Source: a virus
Taxonomy: Duplodnaviria; Caudoviricetes
DNA: 64,000 bases
Direction: 5' to 3' (one strand)
IMG/VR virus record: IMGVR_UViG_3300031994_000067
Location: 15,082-79,081 of that record
Below the pieces are notes generated by a model. The model was not told the origin of the DNA. It did no database searches and was given only the letters and a program-made list of their open reading frames with translations. Below are positions 1-9,604 of the stretch, piece by piece (within the stretch, counting starts at the first letter, position 1; the number at the start of each line of letters is the position of its first letter). Position numbers and translations under genes: made by a program.

Positions 1-162
1 GTTAAACGATACAATCGAATGATAAAAATCTCCCGCGATTACAACCATATCAAGTTCGTGAGTTTTCAGATACCCTAAGAAAATTGAGTTGAGTTGCTCA
101 TACAGTTTATCAGGTTTAACCGCGTTGAAATGAACGTCTGCTAATGTTGCTATTCTCAACAT
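1..162 (-). CDS. Metallophosphoesterase, SbcD/Mre11-like nuclease (N-terminus only; runs off the window edge)
   Basis: Manual translation MLRIATLADVHFNAVKPDKLYEQ...DMVVIAGDFYH contains the DxH and GDF motifs of calcineurin-like phosphoesterases. Not in the supplied ORF track. Confidence 0.7.
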   Translation of the reverse strand, partial: MLRIATLADVHFNAVKPDKLYEQLNSIFLGYLKTHELDMVVIAGDFYHSIVSFN

Positions 163-173
163 AAGGCATTACC

Positions 174-857
174 TCACCAATAAACTTCATTTGCAATTTT
201 GTTCCACGATGTGTAAAGCTCAAACGCCTGTTGAAATACAGGAATGAAGTGTTTCTCCATATCCTTCTTATTGATGAACTTGTAGATCTCTTCTTTGCGC
301 ATAGTGATTACTCCGAATGCCTGTACTCTTTCATAAGTTTCCGGCATCAATTCTTGTAACAATAACGCATATCCCGCAAGCTGCACGAAGAAGTCGTGAT
401 ATACTTTTTTAGCAGTTTTGTAATCGATTACTGTAAGTGCACCGTCAACTTCACCTATGGCATCAATCGTTCCACCAAATCTTTCACCAACCAAAGATTG
501 TTCATGAGCAAAAACCTTGTAATGATGATTTTCAGCCCATACCATAAAACGTTTAAACATATCAATCGATTCTTTGAAATGGGTTCCACCAACTTGCTTG
601 CCAGACATGTAGTCTTCGACCATTTTGTGGAAATCTGTACCGATACTCGCTCGTTCATCAAGAAACTGTTCGTATCCCACATTATTGAGTCCGAGCATAT
701 TCGCCCACTTAGCAAGTCCTGGTTTGTTCATAATTCCTATGATTGTAGTAACGGAAGGAACTCTGACACCGGTTGGATTGGTGTAAATATGATTGCCATT
801 TTCAGTTTCCATCATAGCCAATGTTATCACTTTCCTTTCTTTTCGGCAATAAACCAA
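174..857 (-). CDS. PD-(D/E)XK exonuclease (Cas4/lambda-exonuclease-like)
   Basis: PSVTTII, GTDFH, GGTIDAI and IDYKT motifs typical of phage PD-(D/E)XK nucleases. Confidence 0.75.
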   Translation of the reverse strand: MVYCRKERKVITLAMMETENGNHIYTNPTGVRVPSVTTIIGIMNKPGLAKWANMLGLNNVGYEQFLDERASIGTDFHKMVEDYMSGKQVGGTHFKESIDMFKRFMVWAENHHYKVFAHEQSLVGERFGGTIDAIGEVDGALTVIDYKTAKKVYHDFFVQLAGYALLLQELMPETYERVQAFGVITMRKEEIYKFINKKDMEKHFIPVFQQAFELYTSWNKIANEVYW

Positions 858-935
858 TTATGTTTCTTATAATGCAGTCTTTAATTAGGTTCATTATAAC
901 GCCTTTCACAACTTTCTAAAAGGAGGAAGATTGTT

Positions 936-1616
936 ATGCTTATGACTGCTGAAGATTACCTTAACTTGGTAACTGTGAATAAAGACATTCAACTCGGCAA
1001 GTATGTGCCTGATTATTCGATGGCTCTTTTCAGAGATGTTCTCGAAAATCGAATCGGCGAAACATTCCAAATCAAACAATGTCGAGAAATGTTCGACGCT
1101 ATTTATGAGCATCTCGATAAGACTGGAACGATAAACTTTACCAATGTCGAGATTCACTTTGCGATTCAACCGGAATCTATGGTTCAATACGTAAGTCCGT
1201 ATAATAAGAATTATAAAGTCGGCAATACCGCAAAGTTTATTCATGAAAAAATTGTTTGGGTTTACAGACCAGAAGCCGTTCATGCGGGCTACATCAACGA
1301 AACTACTTACACCGATAGCAACGGAAAACGCGAAAACAATTCTCACAAATTCGGTACTGTAGATGAAATGTGGAATGTCGTGGTTCTTCATACTCACGAG
1401 AAGAATGATACGTCAAAAGAACACACAGAATTCTCAACGATTCATATCGCTATTTACTATCCCGTCAGCAAAATATTCTTCAAAGAAATATCTGATCTCT
1501 ACCATGCAAGACAAATCACTCAGAAAAGAATCGAAGAGAATCGTCAGACGATGCTGACTAAATCGAAGAAGATTAAAAAGCCTAGGTTCAAGTTAAAACA
1601 TCACAAAACGAAATGA
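936..1616 (+). CDS. Hypothetical protein
   Basis: 226-aa ORF with AGGAGG RBS and a CACA-N6-TA motif at 907-918. Confidence 0.7.
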   Translation: MLMTAEDYLNLVTVNKDIQLGKYVPDYSMALFRDVLENRIGETFQIKQCREMFDAIYEHLDKTGTINFTNVEIHFAIQPESMVQYVSPYNKNYKVGNTAKFIHEKIVWVYRPEAVHAGYINETTYTDSNGKRENNSHKFGTVDEMWNVVVLHTHEKNDTSKEHTEFSTIHIAIYYPVSKIFFKEISDLYHARQITQKRIEENRQTMLTKSKKIKKPRFKLKHHKTK

Positions 1617-1709
1617 AATCATTTGAGGCGAGTGTTCGTAACTCAACGAATACTCGCCATTATGCACGAAAAAGACAAAGTGATAAAAACAGAAAGGATG
1701 AGGACTGAT

Positions 1710-2648
1710 ATGATGCAGAATATGAAGTCGCTTCGAGATACATTTATCTTTTCTCAGATGAATGAAGGCGGCTATATAGATAAAAAACTGGAATTGTTTA
1801 TGAATCCAAATTCGGCTATTGTGGCTACAAGTTCGATGCTCGAAGAACCTCTGATGCGTATCAATAAGACCTTTAAATACCCGGCTAAGATGGCGGTATT
1901 AGAAGGTTTCAAAAACGGTGCATTGGTTCCACTGGTTCTTCAAAAAGGTGTCAACGATAGAATGCCTATATCGATTCCGTTCTTGGTTAATAAAGACAGA
2001 ACTAAGGCATTGGTATTCATTGACAACTATGCCCAACCAAATAGTCAAGGTGACATAAACATCGACCACAAGAAGCTGTATTGTCTCATGGAAAGTGCAT
2101 ATTTTGCGTTGCAGGGAATTCCGAGAAACAACAGCATCATTATCAACAAAGGTAGCCTTATCTGGGCTCACATTTTCACAAAAGTTCTCAATAAGAAGTT
2201 CGCTTTAAATACGGATAAAAATGCGCTTAACAAAGTCATTTTCCTCGCCAGCAAGTATTTCTTAACCAATATTATCGGAATGAAAGACCAGAACACCGTT
2301 TTCAATTATGCGCTGAAAAATTGCAACTCTGCTACTGAAATCTTGATGAAAGATATTGATGCGGAGTTTACACCAGATACATTTGAGAACATAGCTACGT
2401 TTCTCACTAAACTTGCTAACGTTCCTTTCAAATTCGTATCTGGTTTCGAAAAGATTACGGTGCGAGATTACATTTCGTCTTTCGCTGAAATGTATGGTCA
2501 ATCCACTCTCTTTGCTCTGGAAACATTAGAGTATTTCGTATTCATGATTTCTTCTGTCGTAATCGGAGCATATCTGAATAACCAAACTACTCTCGAAGAT
2601 ATGGTGGATACAGATGGAGCCAAATTATACTTTGAATTGGGGAGGTGA
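1710..2648 (+). CDS. Hypothetical protein, probably virion-associated
   Basis: Long ORF; start moved to ATG 1710 because of the upstream AAAGGA/GAGG RBS. Co-oriented with the next large gene. Confidence 0.6.
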   Translation: MMQNMKSLRDTFIFSQMNEGGYIDKKLELFMNPNSAIVATSSMLEEPLMRINKTFKYPAKMAVLEGFKNGALVPLVLQKGVNDRMPISIPFLVNKDRTKALVFIDNYAQPNSQGDINIDHKKLYCLMESAYFALQGIPRNNSIIINKGSLIWAHIFTKVLNKKFALNTDKNALNKVIFLASKYFLTNIIGMKDQNTVFNYALKNCNSATEILMKDIDAEFTPDTFENIATFLTKLANVPFKFVSGFEKITVRDYISSFAEMYGQSTLFALETLEYFVFMISSVVIGAYLNNQTTLEDMVDTDGAKLYFELGR

Positions 2649-2654
2649 GTAGAA

Positions 2655-5513
2655 GTGGACAATTACACCAGAGAAACTGTTAATCCGCTGATTGTAGAAG
2701 GTAAAGTTGATTTGGAAACAGTCGGAGAAACTTTGGAAGACCTGAAGAAATTTGCTTATTCATATCTCTTTGACCTTCAGAAAGACATTGTCGGATTTCG
2801 TAAACTTCATTTGAAATATGAAGACTTTGATGTCAAACGGGATTTCATCTTCACACATATAGACTTGAATAAAATCATGCAGTATAACGTATCGATTCCG
2901 TTCATTCATCACAATAACAGACTCAAGTTCCGTCGCAGTAAGTTGTACAATGTTTCGATAACCAATGATGACATCGAAGAAAACCGCGACCTCTTTGTGT
3001 ATTCATACTTCGTATTCATCAATGGGTATCTCGATTATAGTGCGAGACTTAAATGTCGTGAAGAACTTACTTCGGTTTGTCTTCGTAAAGAAGCAATGAC
3101 ACCCAAATTACGCGAACAGTTTAAACCCGGAACGGACATCGATATTCTTTTCTTGCCTGATATCGGAATTGAAACTCTTGAAGCGACAAAAGAAGATTTG
3201 GAAACAAACTCGCTTACGTTTAAAACCAGCAGCACAATCAAGTTCCGAGATCATGTATATGCGTTCGTTAGTTGTGGCGATAGTTTGGTTAAGATGTACC
3301 AAACAGAAGTCATTGATGGAAAAGTGGTAGTTCCAGAAGAATCTATCGCTGAATATGAAGATGATGATGTGATCAAGATTATGATCACGATTCTTCCAAA
3401 CTTCCACGAGCAAAAAGTTTGTGAACCCGGCATTGATTACTTCGAAAATTCAGTAACTCCGATGCCGGTGCCTGCTGAAAACATTCTCACATTGACTAAA
3501 AATGAGGATGGGAGTTTCAGATTCGATAACGGAATTGACATCGAGAAGAAATACCCAAATGTTTTCAAACTTCCGGAAGGTCATACGGATACAATCTATG
3601 CAAACATCTATTACTGGCAAAATAGTAGTAACAGCCATCTTAAACATGGATTTGATACTGATATTTATGCCACTGCAATAAATATCCTTGACGAATATAG
3701 GAATGGAACCATTAATGAAAACATCGATAAATATATTCCGTTCTTGTACGATTACGACCTTACAAACTTCCATAAATCACACGATAAAGATCATCAAATT
3801 GAGTCTGTCGTCTATAAAGTCAACAGACTCTTTGAAACGTTTAAACTCTGGAGTTTTGCTTCTCAGCTGTATTACGAGAATCTTAGCAAAGAAATCAACG
3901 GATATATCATCGATACCACCAGGCTTAATATGCGTGAGAAAGTTCGTCGAAATAACCGTCAAGAAATTCGTTTTGAAGGTCACTATCAGGACTTTAAAGA
4001 AGACCGTTATCTCTTCATCTTTGTTAACAAAATCAGCAATAGACCTCTCCCATACAAATATTGGATTGATGGGGTACATTATATTCCTGATGAAGTTTAT
4101 CGAGATGGTGCTCTTGAATACGTATATATCCCGTGCTCTCTATTTAAAGAAACCGGATCTAGAATCGAAATTGAAAAGAGTAACGATGTAGCGTGGAAAA
4201 CTAGTTTCATACCTAGCGATGAAGGAAACATTATCGATTTGAGACTTGGTAAAGGCGTTATTCCGGTACATTCGTTGTTCGTGGTAAACCAAAATCACGA
4301 ATTTATAGACCCGTCAAAATACAAACTCGTCGTCTCTAAGAACGGTAAAGAAATTGGAGAACCTAGCGGAAACAGCAAACTCTTGCTCACTGAAAATCAT
4401 GTCGTTAAGTTCTTCCCGATCGATGAAAATCTCAAGGGTAATAAAGTTACCATTGGTTACTACGAAAGACCGATTCAATACGAAGTTGATCTCAATCAAC
4501 TCAATTTCATGATGCGAAACGTGAATTATCAGCATCATATCAATAACATCAAACCCAAGTCGAACTGTATTCGTGTGTTCCGTGAAGGTCGTTTACTTCC
4601 TCAATGCATGTATACAGTAACACCTCCGGATAAATTGAGTGATGAATGGAAAATCGACCTTGATGGATTTGGTTCATTCTATTCGTACCAAGTTGATTAC
4701 ATTCCGGAAGGTTACAATGAAATCTACTCGCAAGAAACTGTAAACGAAAAAGGCATTGTTGACCTCGCAGGAAAAATCGACAAGCCGTTCAGCGTTAAAT
4801 ACTTCGACGTTTATATCAACGGGTACAGATTACTCCCGAATCAAATCAAGAAATTATCTGACTTCACTATTCAAATTTCAGATGTTAACACTCTTCATAA
4901 TCTTTATATCTATGAAAAAGATGTTACTACCGATGGTCTCTATTCTCTCGAACTTGAAGACGCTCAGAAGTTCTTAGCGGAGCAACTCATCGAACACGAC
5001 GAAGAATTCATAGAGAAAATCAAGGAACACATCAAAGATATTATTGAGGATCAAGACATCACCGATATTACAGATATTGACAATGCTATCAAGATTATCT
5101 TCAACGAGCTTATCGATTTCATCGAAAAAGGTGGAGTTCTTTCCACAATGGAAATCACTGATTACATCTATATCAAGTATCGCAGTTTCTTCGAAAGTGA
5201 TGAAGTATTCTTCATCGACCCGAATAAAATCTATGATGACTTGAATGAAGAAGATGAAGTTTACTATATTGCTCCGAGAAGACCTGAAGAAATTCCGAAT
5301 ATCAACGACCCGAAATATGTTGAAGAATTCGGTAAACTCATGAAAGTTTTGTCCGCAGGAAAATTCATTGACCCGAATGGTGAACGCGAATCTCTTGGTA
5401 AAGGATTCGATGATGTTGAGGAAGATTCAGCTGATGATGTGCTTATGGTTTCTGGTAACTATTACACAAAACGTTACAAATCAGAAGCGAAAAACCTCAA
5501 TACAAATAATTAA
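2655..5513 (+). CDS. Large putative virion structural protein
   Basis: 952-aa ORF with GGAGG RBS, rich in beta-strand-like segments; no enzymatic motif recognised. Confidence 0.55.
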   Translation: MDNYTRETVNPLIVEGKVDLETVGETLEDLKKFAYSYLFDLQKDIVGFRKLHLKYEDFDVKRDFIFTHIDLNKIMQYNVSIPFIHHNNRLKFRRSKLYNVSITNDDIEENRDLFVYSYFVFINGYLDYSARLKCREELTSVCLRKEAMTPKLREQFKPGTDIDILFLPDIGIETLEATKEDLETNSLTFKTSSTIKFRDHVYAFVSCGDSLVKMYQTEVIDGKVVVPEESIAEYEDDDVIKIMITILPNFHEQKVCEPGIDYFENSVTPMPVPAENILTLTKNEDGSFRFDNGIDIEKKYPNVFKLPEGHTDTIYANIYYWQNSSNSHLKHGFDTDIYATAINILDEYRNGTINENIDKYIPFLYDYDLTNFHKSHDKDHQIESVVYKVNRLFETFKLWSFASQLYYENLSKEINGYIIDTTRLNMREKVRRNNRQEIRFEGHYQDFKEDRYLFIFVNKISNRPLPYKYWIDGVHYIPDEVYRDGALEYVYIPCSLFKETGSRIEIEKSNDVAWKTSFIPSDEGNIIDLRLGKGVIPVHSLFVVNQNHEFIDPSKYKLVVSKNGKEIGEPSGNSKLLLTENHVVKFFPIDENLKGNKVTIGYYERPIQYEVDLNQLNFMMRNVNYQHHINNIKPKSNCIRVFREGRLLPQCMYTVTPPDKLSDEWKIDLDGFGSFYSYQVDYIPEGYNEIYSQETVNEKGIVDLAGKIDKPFSVKYFDVYINGYRLLPNQIKKLSDFTIQISDVNTLHNLYIYEKDVTTDGLYSLELEDAQKFLAEQLIEHDEEFIEKIKEHIKDIIEDQDITDITDIDNAIKIIFNELIDFIEKGGVLSTMEITDYIYIKYRSFFESDEVFFIDPNKIYDDLNEEDEVYYIAPRRPEEIPNINDPKYVEEFGKLMKVLSAGKFIDPNGERESLGKGFDDVEEDSADDVLMVSGNYYTKRYKSEAKNLNTNN

Positions 5514-5567
5514 ATTTAATCATTCGGTTAAACTGTCTTCAGGAAAAAGGTCGAGAATAATTTATTT

Positions 5568-5591
5568 TAGCGCTAACTTCGGTTAGCGCTA
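5568..5591 (+). terminator. Intrinsic terminator hairpin (TTCG loop)
   Basis: TAGCGCTAAC-TTCG-GTTAGCGCTA followed by T-rich sequence. Confidence 0.75.
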
Positions 5592-5650
5592 TCTTTCGTT
5601 TTCACGGTTTTTCTCACAGCTTTATAATCTGAATAAAGGAGGCAGCGGTA

Positions 5651-7582
5651 ATGGCAATATTTACCACCGAATGGAAAAATGTGGCGCGAGAAAAAATCAA
5701 AATGTCACGTCCAGACTTATCCGATAAAGAAATCGATACATATCTGGATAATGTCATTGAAACTCGTATGACGAATCCACCATGCGAACTCGACAATAAC
5801 TATTGCAATAAAACAATTAGCAGCAATCTTTTAGCGATATATGATTGGATTACCACATCCAAACCAATAATTGGTGGTTATGGAGTTCTTTTCAGAAACC
5901 AACAGCAATCCATCAATAACATTGCGAAAATGATTGCAAAGTTTTTGGAAACACGTTCAGCTATTAAGACGAGAATGAAACAGAACCTCGAACTTTATGG
6001 ACCCGATAGTTACGAATATAAACAAGACGACAGGCTTCAGGGTGCGGAAAAAGTTAACGCAAACGCGTGTTATGGAGCAGGTGGCTCTTCGGTTTCGTTC
6101 TCTTATAATCTTTATGCGGCAGCGGCTACGACAGCAACTGCCCAATCGTTAATCAGCACAGCTTGCGCAGCATTTGAGTCTTTCATGACTAATAATACCA
6201 AATTCTATGATTTAGATGAAATTCTCACATTCATTCAGAACGTTTGTAATGAGAAAACTAAACTTGGATTTGATGGTATCAAAATGCGGAGTCTTTCAGA
6301 AGTCAGAAGAAAACTTCTTGCAGGGTGTTTCAATCCGGAAAAGATTAATGTGAAACATCTCGATTCTGTTCTTGAGAATCTCACTGTTGAAGAATTGACT
6401 CGAATCTTCTACAAGAATAATATCTTCATATTCACAGTCTCTTGTCAGGAGGTAATGAAGCGACTTCGGAAGATAATGCGAAATACTGAATCGTTCAGAG
6501 CTCCGGAAAAGAAATTCATAACACCAGAACTCGATAAAGAATTGAAAAAAGTCTGGAAGTATTATAGGGAATTTGTGCATTACAACCATCCAACCTATAA
6601 CCGAATCTTCAGACTTAAGACATCACCTCGTAAATCGGTGTTGGTCATAGATACAGATTCCAATATGATTCTTATTCGAGACTGGATTGATATGATTCTC
6701 GAAGCATTTGTAGATTCGGACATCGAACGGTCTAAAGAGGAAAACATTTATACTGCGGCTTCACTGATTGGAGTGTTCATCAGTTATATGATTCGAGATA
6801 CACTCGATTTGTATTGTAAGAACGCGAATGTCCCACAAGAATTCTGGAAACGAATCGATATGAAAAACGAGTTCTTCTTCGAAACGTTAATAACCAGCAC
6901 GGTCAAGAAGAACTATATGGGAAAAATGCTTCTGCGTGAAGGAAGACCTATGAACGGAAAGATTGATATCAAAGGTCTCAGTTTCGTCAAATCCGGAATC
7001 AGTGAAGAAATCGGCGAATACATGAAGAGTATTATCAAGAACGATATAATGGGAGAAAAGATTAACTTCAGAGGAGTTCTTCATAAACTCAACGATTTAG
7101 CTAACACGATTCGAGATAGTCTTCTCTCTGGCAATCCGACTTTCACAAAACCGATGGCGGTTAAAGACTTCACGATGTATAGAGACCCGTTAAGTGAAAT
7201 GGGAATACGTGCGGTATTGTGTCACAACTATGTGTATCCAGAAGACCCAATTCAACTTCCTGATCACATTCGTGCAATCAAAGTCAAGATGACCAAAAAG
7301 AAAGACATTGAATCTCTGAGTTCTTCTCATCCAGTAATTTACGAACGCATAATCTCAAACATGTTTGAAAATTCGAATCCGAGATTAACTAAGGGCGTCA
7401 ATTCCATAGCGATTCCACAAACAATGGAAAAAATTCCGGATTGGATAATTCCATACATCGACATCGACACAATCGTCGAAGATAATATGAAATCTTTCTT
7501 TCCGGTATTGAAAGCTCTTGGATTTGAGATAATTAACACACGATCTAACAACACAATGTTTTCTAACATAATTCAGCTCTAA
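5651..7582 (+). CDS. Family B DNA polymerase, split subunit (fingers, motifs B and C, thumb)
   Basis: KVNANACYG (motif B) and VIDTDS (motif C) are present. No exonuclease domain or DxxSLYPS motif A was seen, as in the split PolB of phiKZ-like phages. Confidence 0.85.
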   Translation: MAIFTTEWKNVAREKIKMSRPDLSDKEIDTYLDNVIETRMTNPPCELDNNYCNKTISSNLLAIYDWITTSKPIIGGYGVLFRNQQQSINNIAKMIAKFLETRSAIKTRMKQNLELYGPDSYEYKQDDRLQGAEKVNANACYGAGGSSVSFSYNLYAAAATTATAQSLISTACAAFESFMTNNTKFYDLDEILTFIQNVCNEKTKLGFDGIKMRSLSEVRRKLLAGCFNPEKINVKHLDSVLENLTVEELTRIFYKNNIFIFTVSCQEVMKRLRKIMRNTESFRAPEKKFITPELDKELKKVWKYYREFVHYNHPTYNRIFRLKTSPRKSVLVIDTDSNMILIRDWIDMILEAFVDSDIERSKEENIYTAASLIGVFISYMIRDTLDLYCKNANVPQEFWKRIDMKNEFFFETLITSTVKKNYMGKMLLREGRPMNGKIDIKGLSFVKSGISEEIGEYMKSIIKNDIMGEKINFRGVLHKLNDLANTIRDSLLSGNPTFTKPMAVKDFTMYRDPLSEMGIRAVLCHNYVYPEDPIQLPDHIRAIKVKMTKKKDIESLSSSHPVIYERIISNMFENSNPRLTKGVNSIAIPQTMEKIPDWIIPYIDIDTIVEDNMKSFFPVLKALGFEIINTRSNNTMFSNIIQL

Positions 7583-7647
7583 AAGGGAAAAAGAATCCCG
7601 TGCGAAATATATGAAATTCGCACGGGATTATAAATCCGATTTTTCTT

Positions 7648-7869
7648 TTAGCGCTTGATGAACGGATGCGGTGTGCCGGGCGGAATATCGCCGGGGACAA
7701 ATGTGTTGCGATTGAGATAGGACTCGGATCCGCAAATATCGCATTTGACGACGATGTTGTCCCGGATAACGGGATGGTCCGGATCGACGCCGATTGCTTT
7801 AAGCGCGAGCTCACGGCAAACAGGGCAGCGAGACTTTTCAAGTTTGACTTGGGTTGTGTACTCCAGCAT
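7648..7869 (-). CDS. Small Zn-ribbon protein
   Basis: CPVC...CDIC pattern in 73 aa; overlaps the end of the upstream gene. Confidence 0.55.
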   Translation of the reverse strand: MLEYTTQVKLEKSRCPVCRELALKAIGVDPDHPVIRDNIVVKCDICGSESYLNRNTFVPGDIPPGTPHPFIKR

Positions 7870-8911
7870 TTTCTTTCTCCTCCACAGTCCTCTTCCTAAT
7901 GATAGGAAGATGATTCAAGTTGACGACGATTTCATCGTTATCTTTAATAAGAATGTCGTCGCCGCTGTTGGTGAATTTGAAAGTATATTTACCTTCGTAA
8001 ACTTTCTTTGCGATTTTGCAAACCGAATCGATGTCTTGCTCAAGAACGTAGAAGCATCCATATTTGTCAAAATGCCCAATTCCTTCTTGAAGACAAGCTA
8101 CGGCAACAAATCCGCCGAAACGAGAAGATTTGTAATCGTCGCCGAACGGATCGCAGTCATAATAATGCGAGTTCAGTTTCGAGAGAGGTTTCAATATTTT
8201 CCACTTTTCGTCACCGGATCTGGTTGGTGCAAATATCACTTCGATACCTTTCTCTTCGAGATGCGTTGTGAGCAAGAAAGGTACCAATTCGTAAGCGTCG
8301 CTGATTGTAGCCACGATTGTGCTTCTGACATGAATGTCGCCCTTGTGAGATTTGACGTATTTTGTCATCGCCTGTTCTATTCCGCGGCTGTAAACGTTTT
8401 GTATGACACGCACGATTCGATCTCCGCTTAAATCGTCTTCCGTGAAGAATCCCTTTTTGACGAGTTTATTGCAAGTCTCGTAATTCTCACGGAAATTTTT
8501 GACGATTGCTTGAGCGAGAACAAGTTTGTCCTCTGTCATCGGTGCATCCGGAAAGAACATTTTGAAGACGATTTTCTCCATGACGTTCATGTCCGCGATG
8601 TTTAACCGCTCAACTTCACCGGTTGCAAATGAAACGATCGCCACGTCGCCGGTTTTAAAATCGCGATACACTTCATTGCATTTTGCGCCGATTTTTTCGC
8701 TGCCGTTGATAACGTCGTCAGGTTTCCCGTAGTAACCGTGAATCAATCCGAAATTTGTGTCGTTTCTGAACGAATCACTCCAATGATCTCTGTTGAGATA
8801 CTCGTAGATGTGAGAACGTGTGAGTGAGAACAGAACCGGAACAGTTTCGGAGGAATCGATATCACCAAACAGAAAAACCAACCGAACGTCGGCATTTCCA
8901 TACCTCTTCAT
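7838..8911 (-). CDS. Hypothetical protein
   Basis: 357-aa ORF with AGGAGG RBS and a TATATATTAT motif at 8983-8992. Confidence 0.7.
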   Translation of the reverse strand: MKRYGNADVRLVFLFGDIDSSETVPVLFSLTRSHIYEYLNRDHWSDSFRNDTNFGLIHGYYGKPDDVINGSEKIGAKCNEVYRDFKTGDVAIVSFATGEVERLNIADMNVMEKIVFKMFFPDAPMTEDKLVLAQAIVKNFRENYETCNKLVKKGFFTEDDLSGDRIVRVIQNVYSRGIEQAMTKYVKSHKGDIHVRSTIVATISDAYELVPFLLTTHLEEKGIEVIFAPTRSGDEKWKILKPLSKLNSHYYDCDPFGDDYKSSRFGGFVAVACLQEGIGHFDKYGCFYVLEQDIDSVCKIAKKVYEGKYTFKFTNSGDDILIKDNDEIVVNLNHLPIIRKRTVEEKENAGVHNPSQT

Positions 8912-8992
8912 GAGGCATCTCCTCCTTTAAAATGTGAAACGATTTATCCGTAATCGAAGTCATAGTGACCTCAATCACGGATATAATATATA

Positions 8993-9514
8993 TCAGAAAT
9001 TTCTCCTAAATAATTCGCCTTTAAGACCTTCGGATTTAGTAACCCAATCTTTTAATCCGGCATTAGCGCAAGCCGGTTCACAAAGCGCACAAGGTTTCGC
9101 CTCAATAAATCTTCCGGTAACACAATCGTATCCTACCAGATAAAGAGTTGCACCTTTCAAATCTGTAGGATTACCACGGATTAACGCATTCATTTCGCTG
9201 TGAATAGCACGACAAAGTTCGTATCTTTCTCCATGCGGAACATTGAGTTTCTCTCTGAAACATCCTTCATCAAGACAATGTGGCGAACCCGTCGGAGGAC
9301 CGTTGTACCCAGCAGAAATGATATGGTTGTCCTTCACAATAACCGATCCGTATTTGCGACGAATGCATGTGGAACGTAGGGAAACGACCGCCGCAATTAA
9401 CAGAAAATAATCGTCCCAACTAATCCGTTCATCAGATTTAGTCGGAAGATTCATCTGATAAAAGATATTGAAATGAGCAGTCTTCAAATTTGAAAAATCC
9501 GGCATCGAAATCAC
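8993..9514 (-). CDS. dCMP deaminase (ComEB/DCTD family)
   Basis: GYNG, IHSEMNAL (HxE) and PCALC zinc-binding motifs. Confidence 0.92.
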   Translation of the reverse strand: MISMPDFSNLKTAHFNIFYQMNLPTKSDERISWDDYFLLIAAVVSLRSTCIRRKYGSVIVKDNHIISAGYNGPPTGSPHCLDEGCFREKLNVPHGERYELCRAIHSEMNALIRGNPTDLKGATLYLVGYDCVTGRFIEAKPCALCEPACANAGLKDWVTKSEGLKGELFRRNF

Positions 9515-9550
9515 TCCCTTTCATTACAGAAGTGTGTCTGAGCGATTAAA

Positions 9551-9560
9551 TATATATTAT
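9551..9560 (+). promoter_or_regulatory. Early-type promoter motif TATATATTAT (representative of 11 exact copies found)
   Basis: Other copies at 8983(-), 12923(+), 34734(-), 37655(-), 43436(-), 44885(-), 45435(-), 56175(-), 62299(-) and 62475(+), each oriented toward a nearby start codon. Confidence 0.75.
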
Positions 9561-9604
9561 AGCTGAGACACAATCAGTAATTGTATCTGAAAGGAGTTGG
9601 TTCT

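Noticed and set aside
7745-8431. Long antisense or alternate-frame ORFs (7745..8431, 14480..15049, 29196..29741, 36157..36795 and similar)
   Set aside because: They are shadows of stronger genes and lack RBSs and recognisable motifs.
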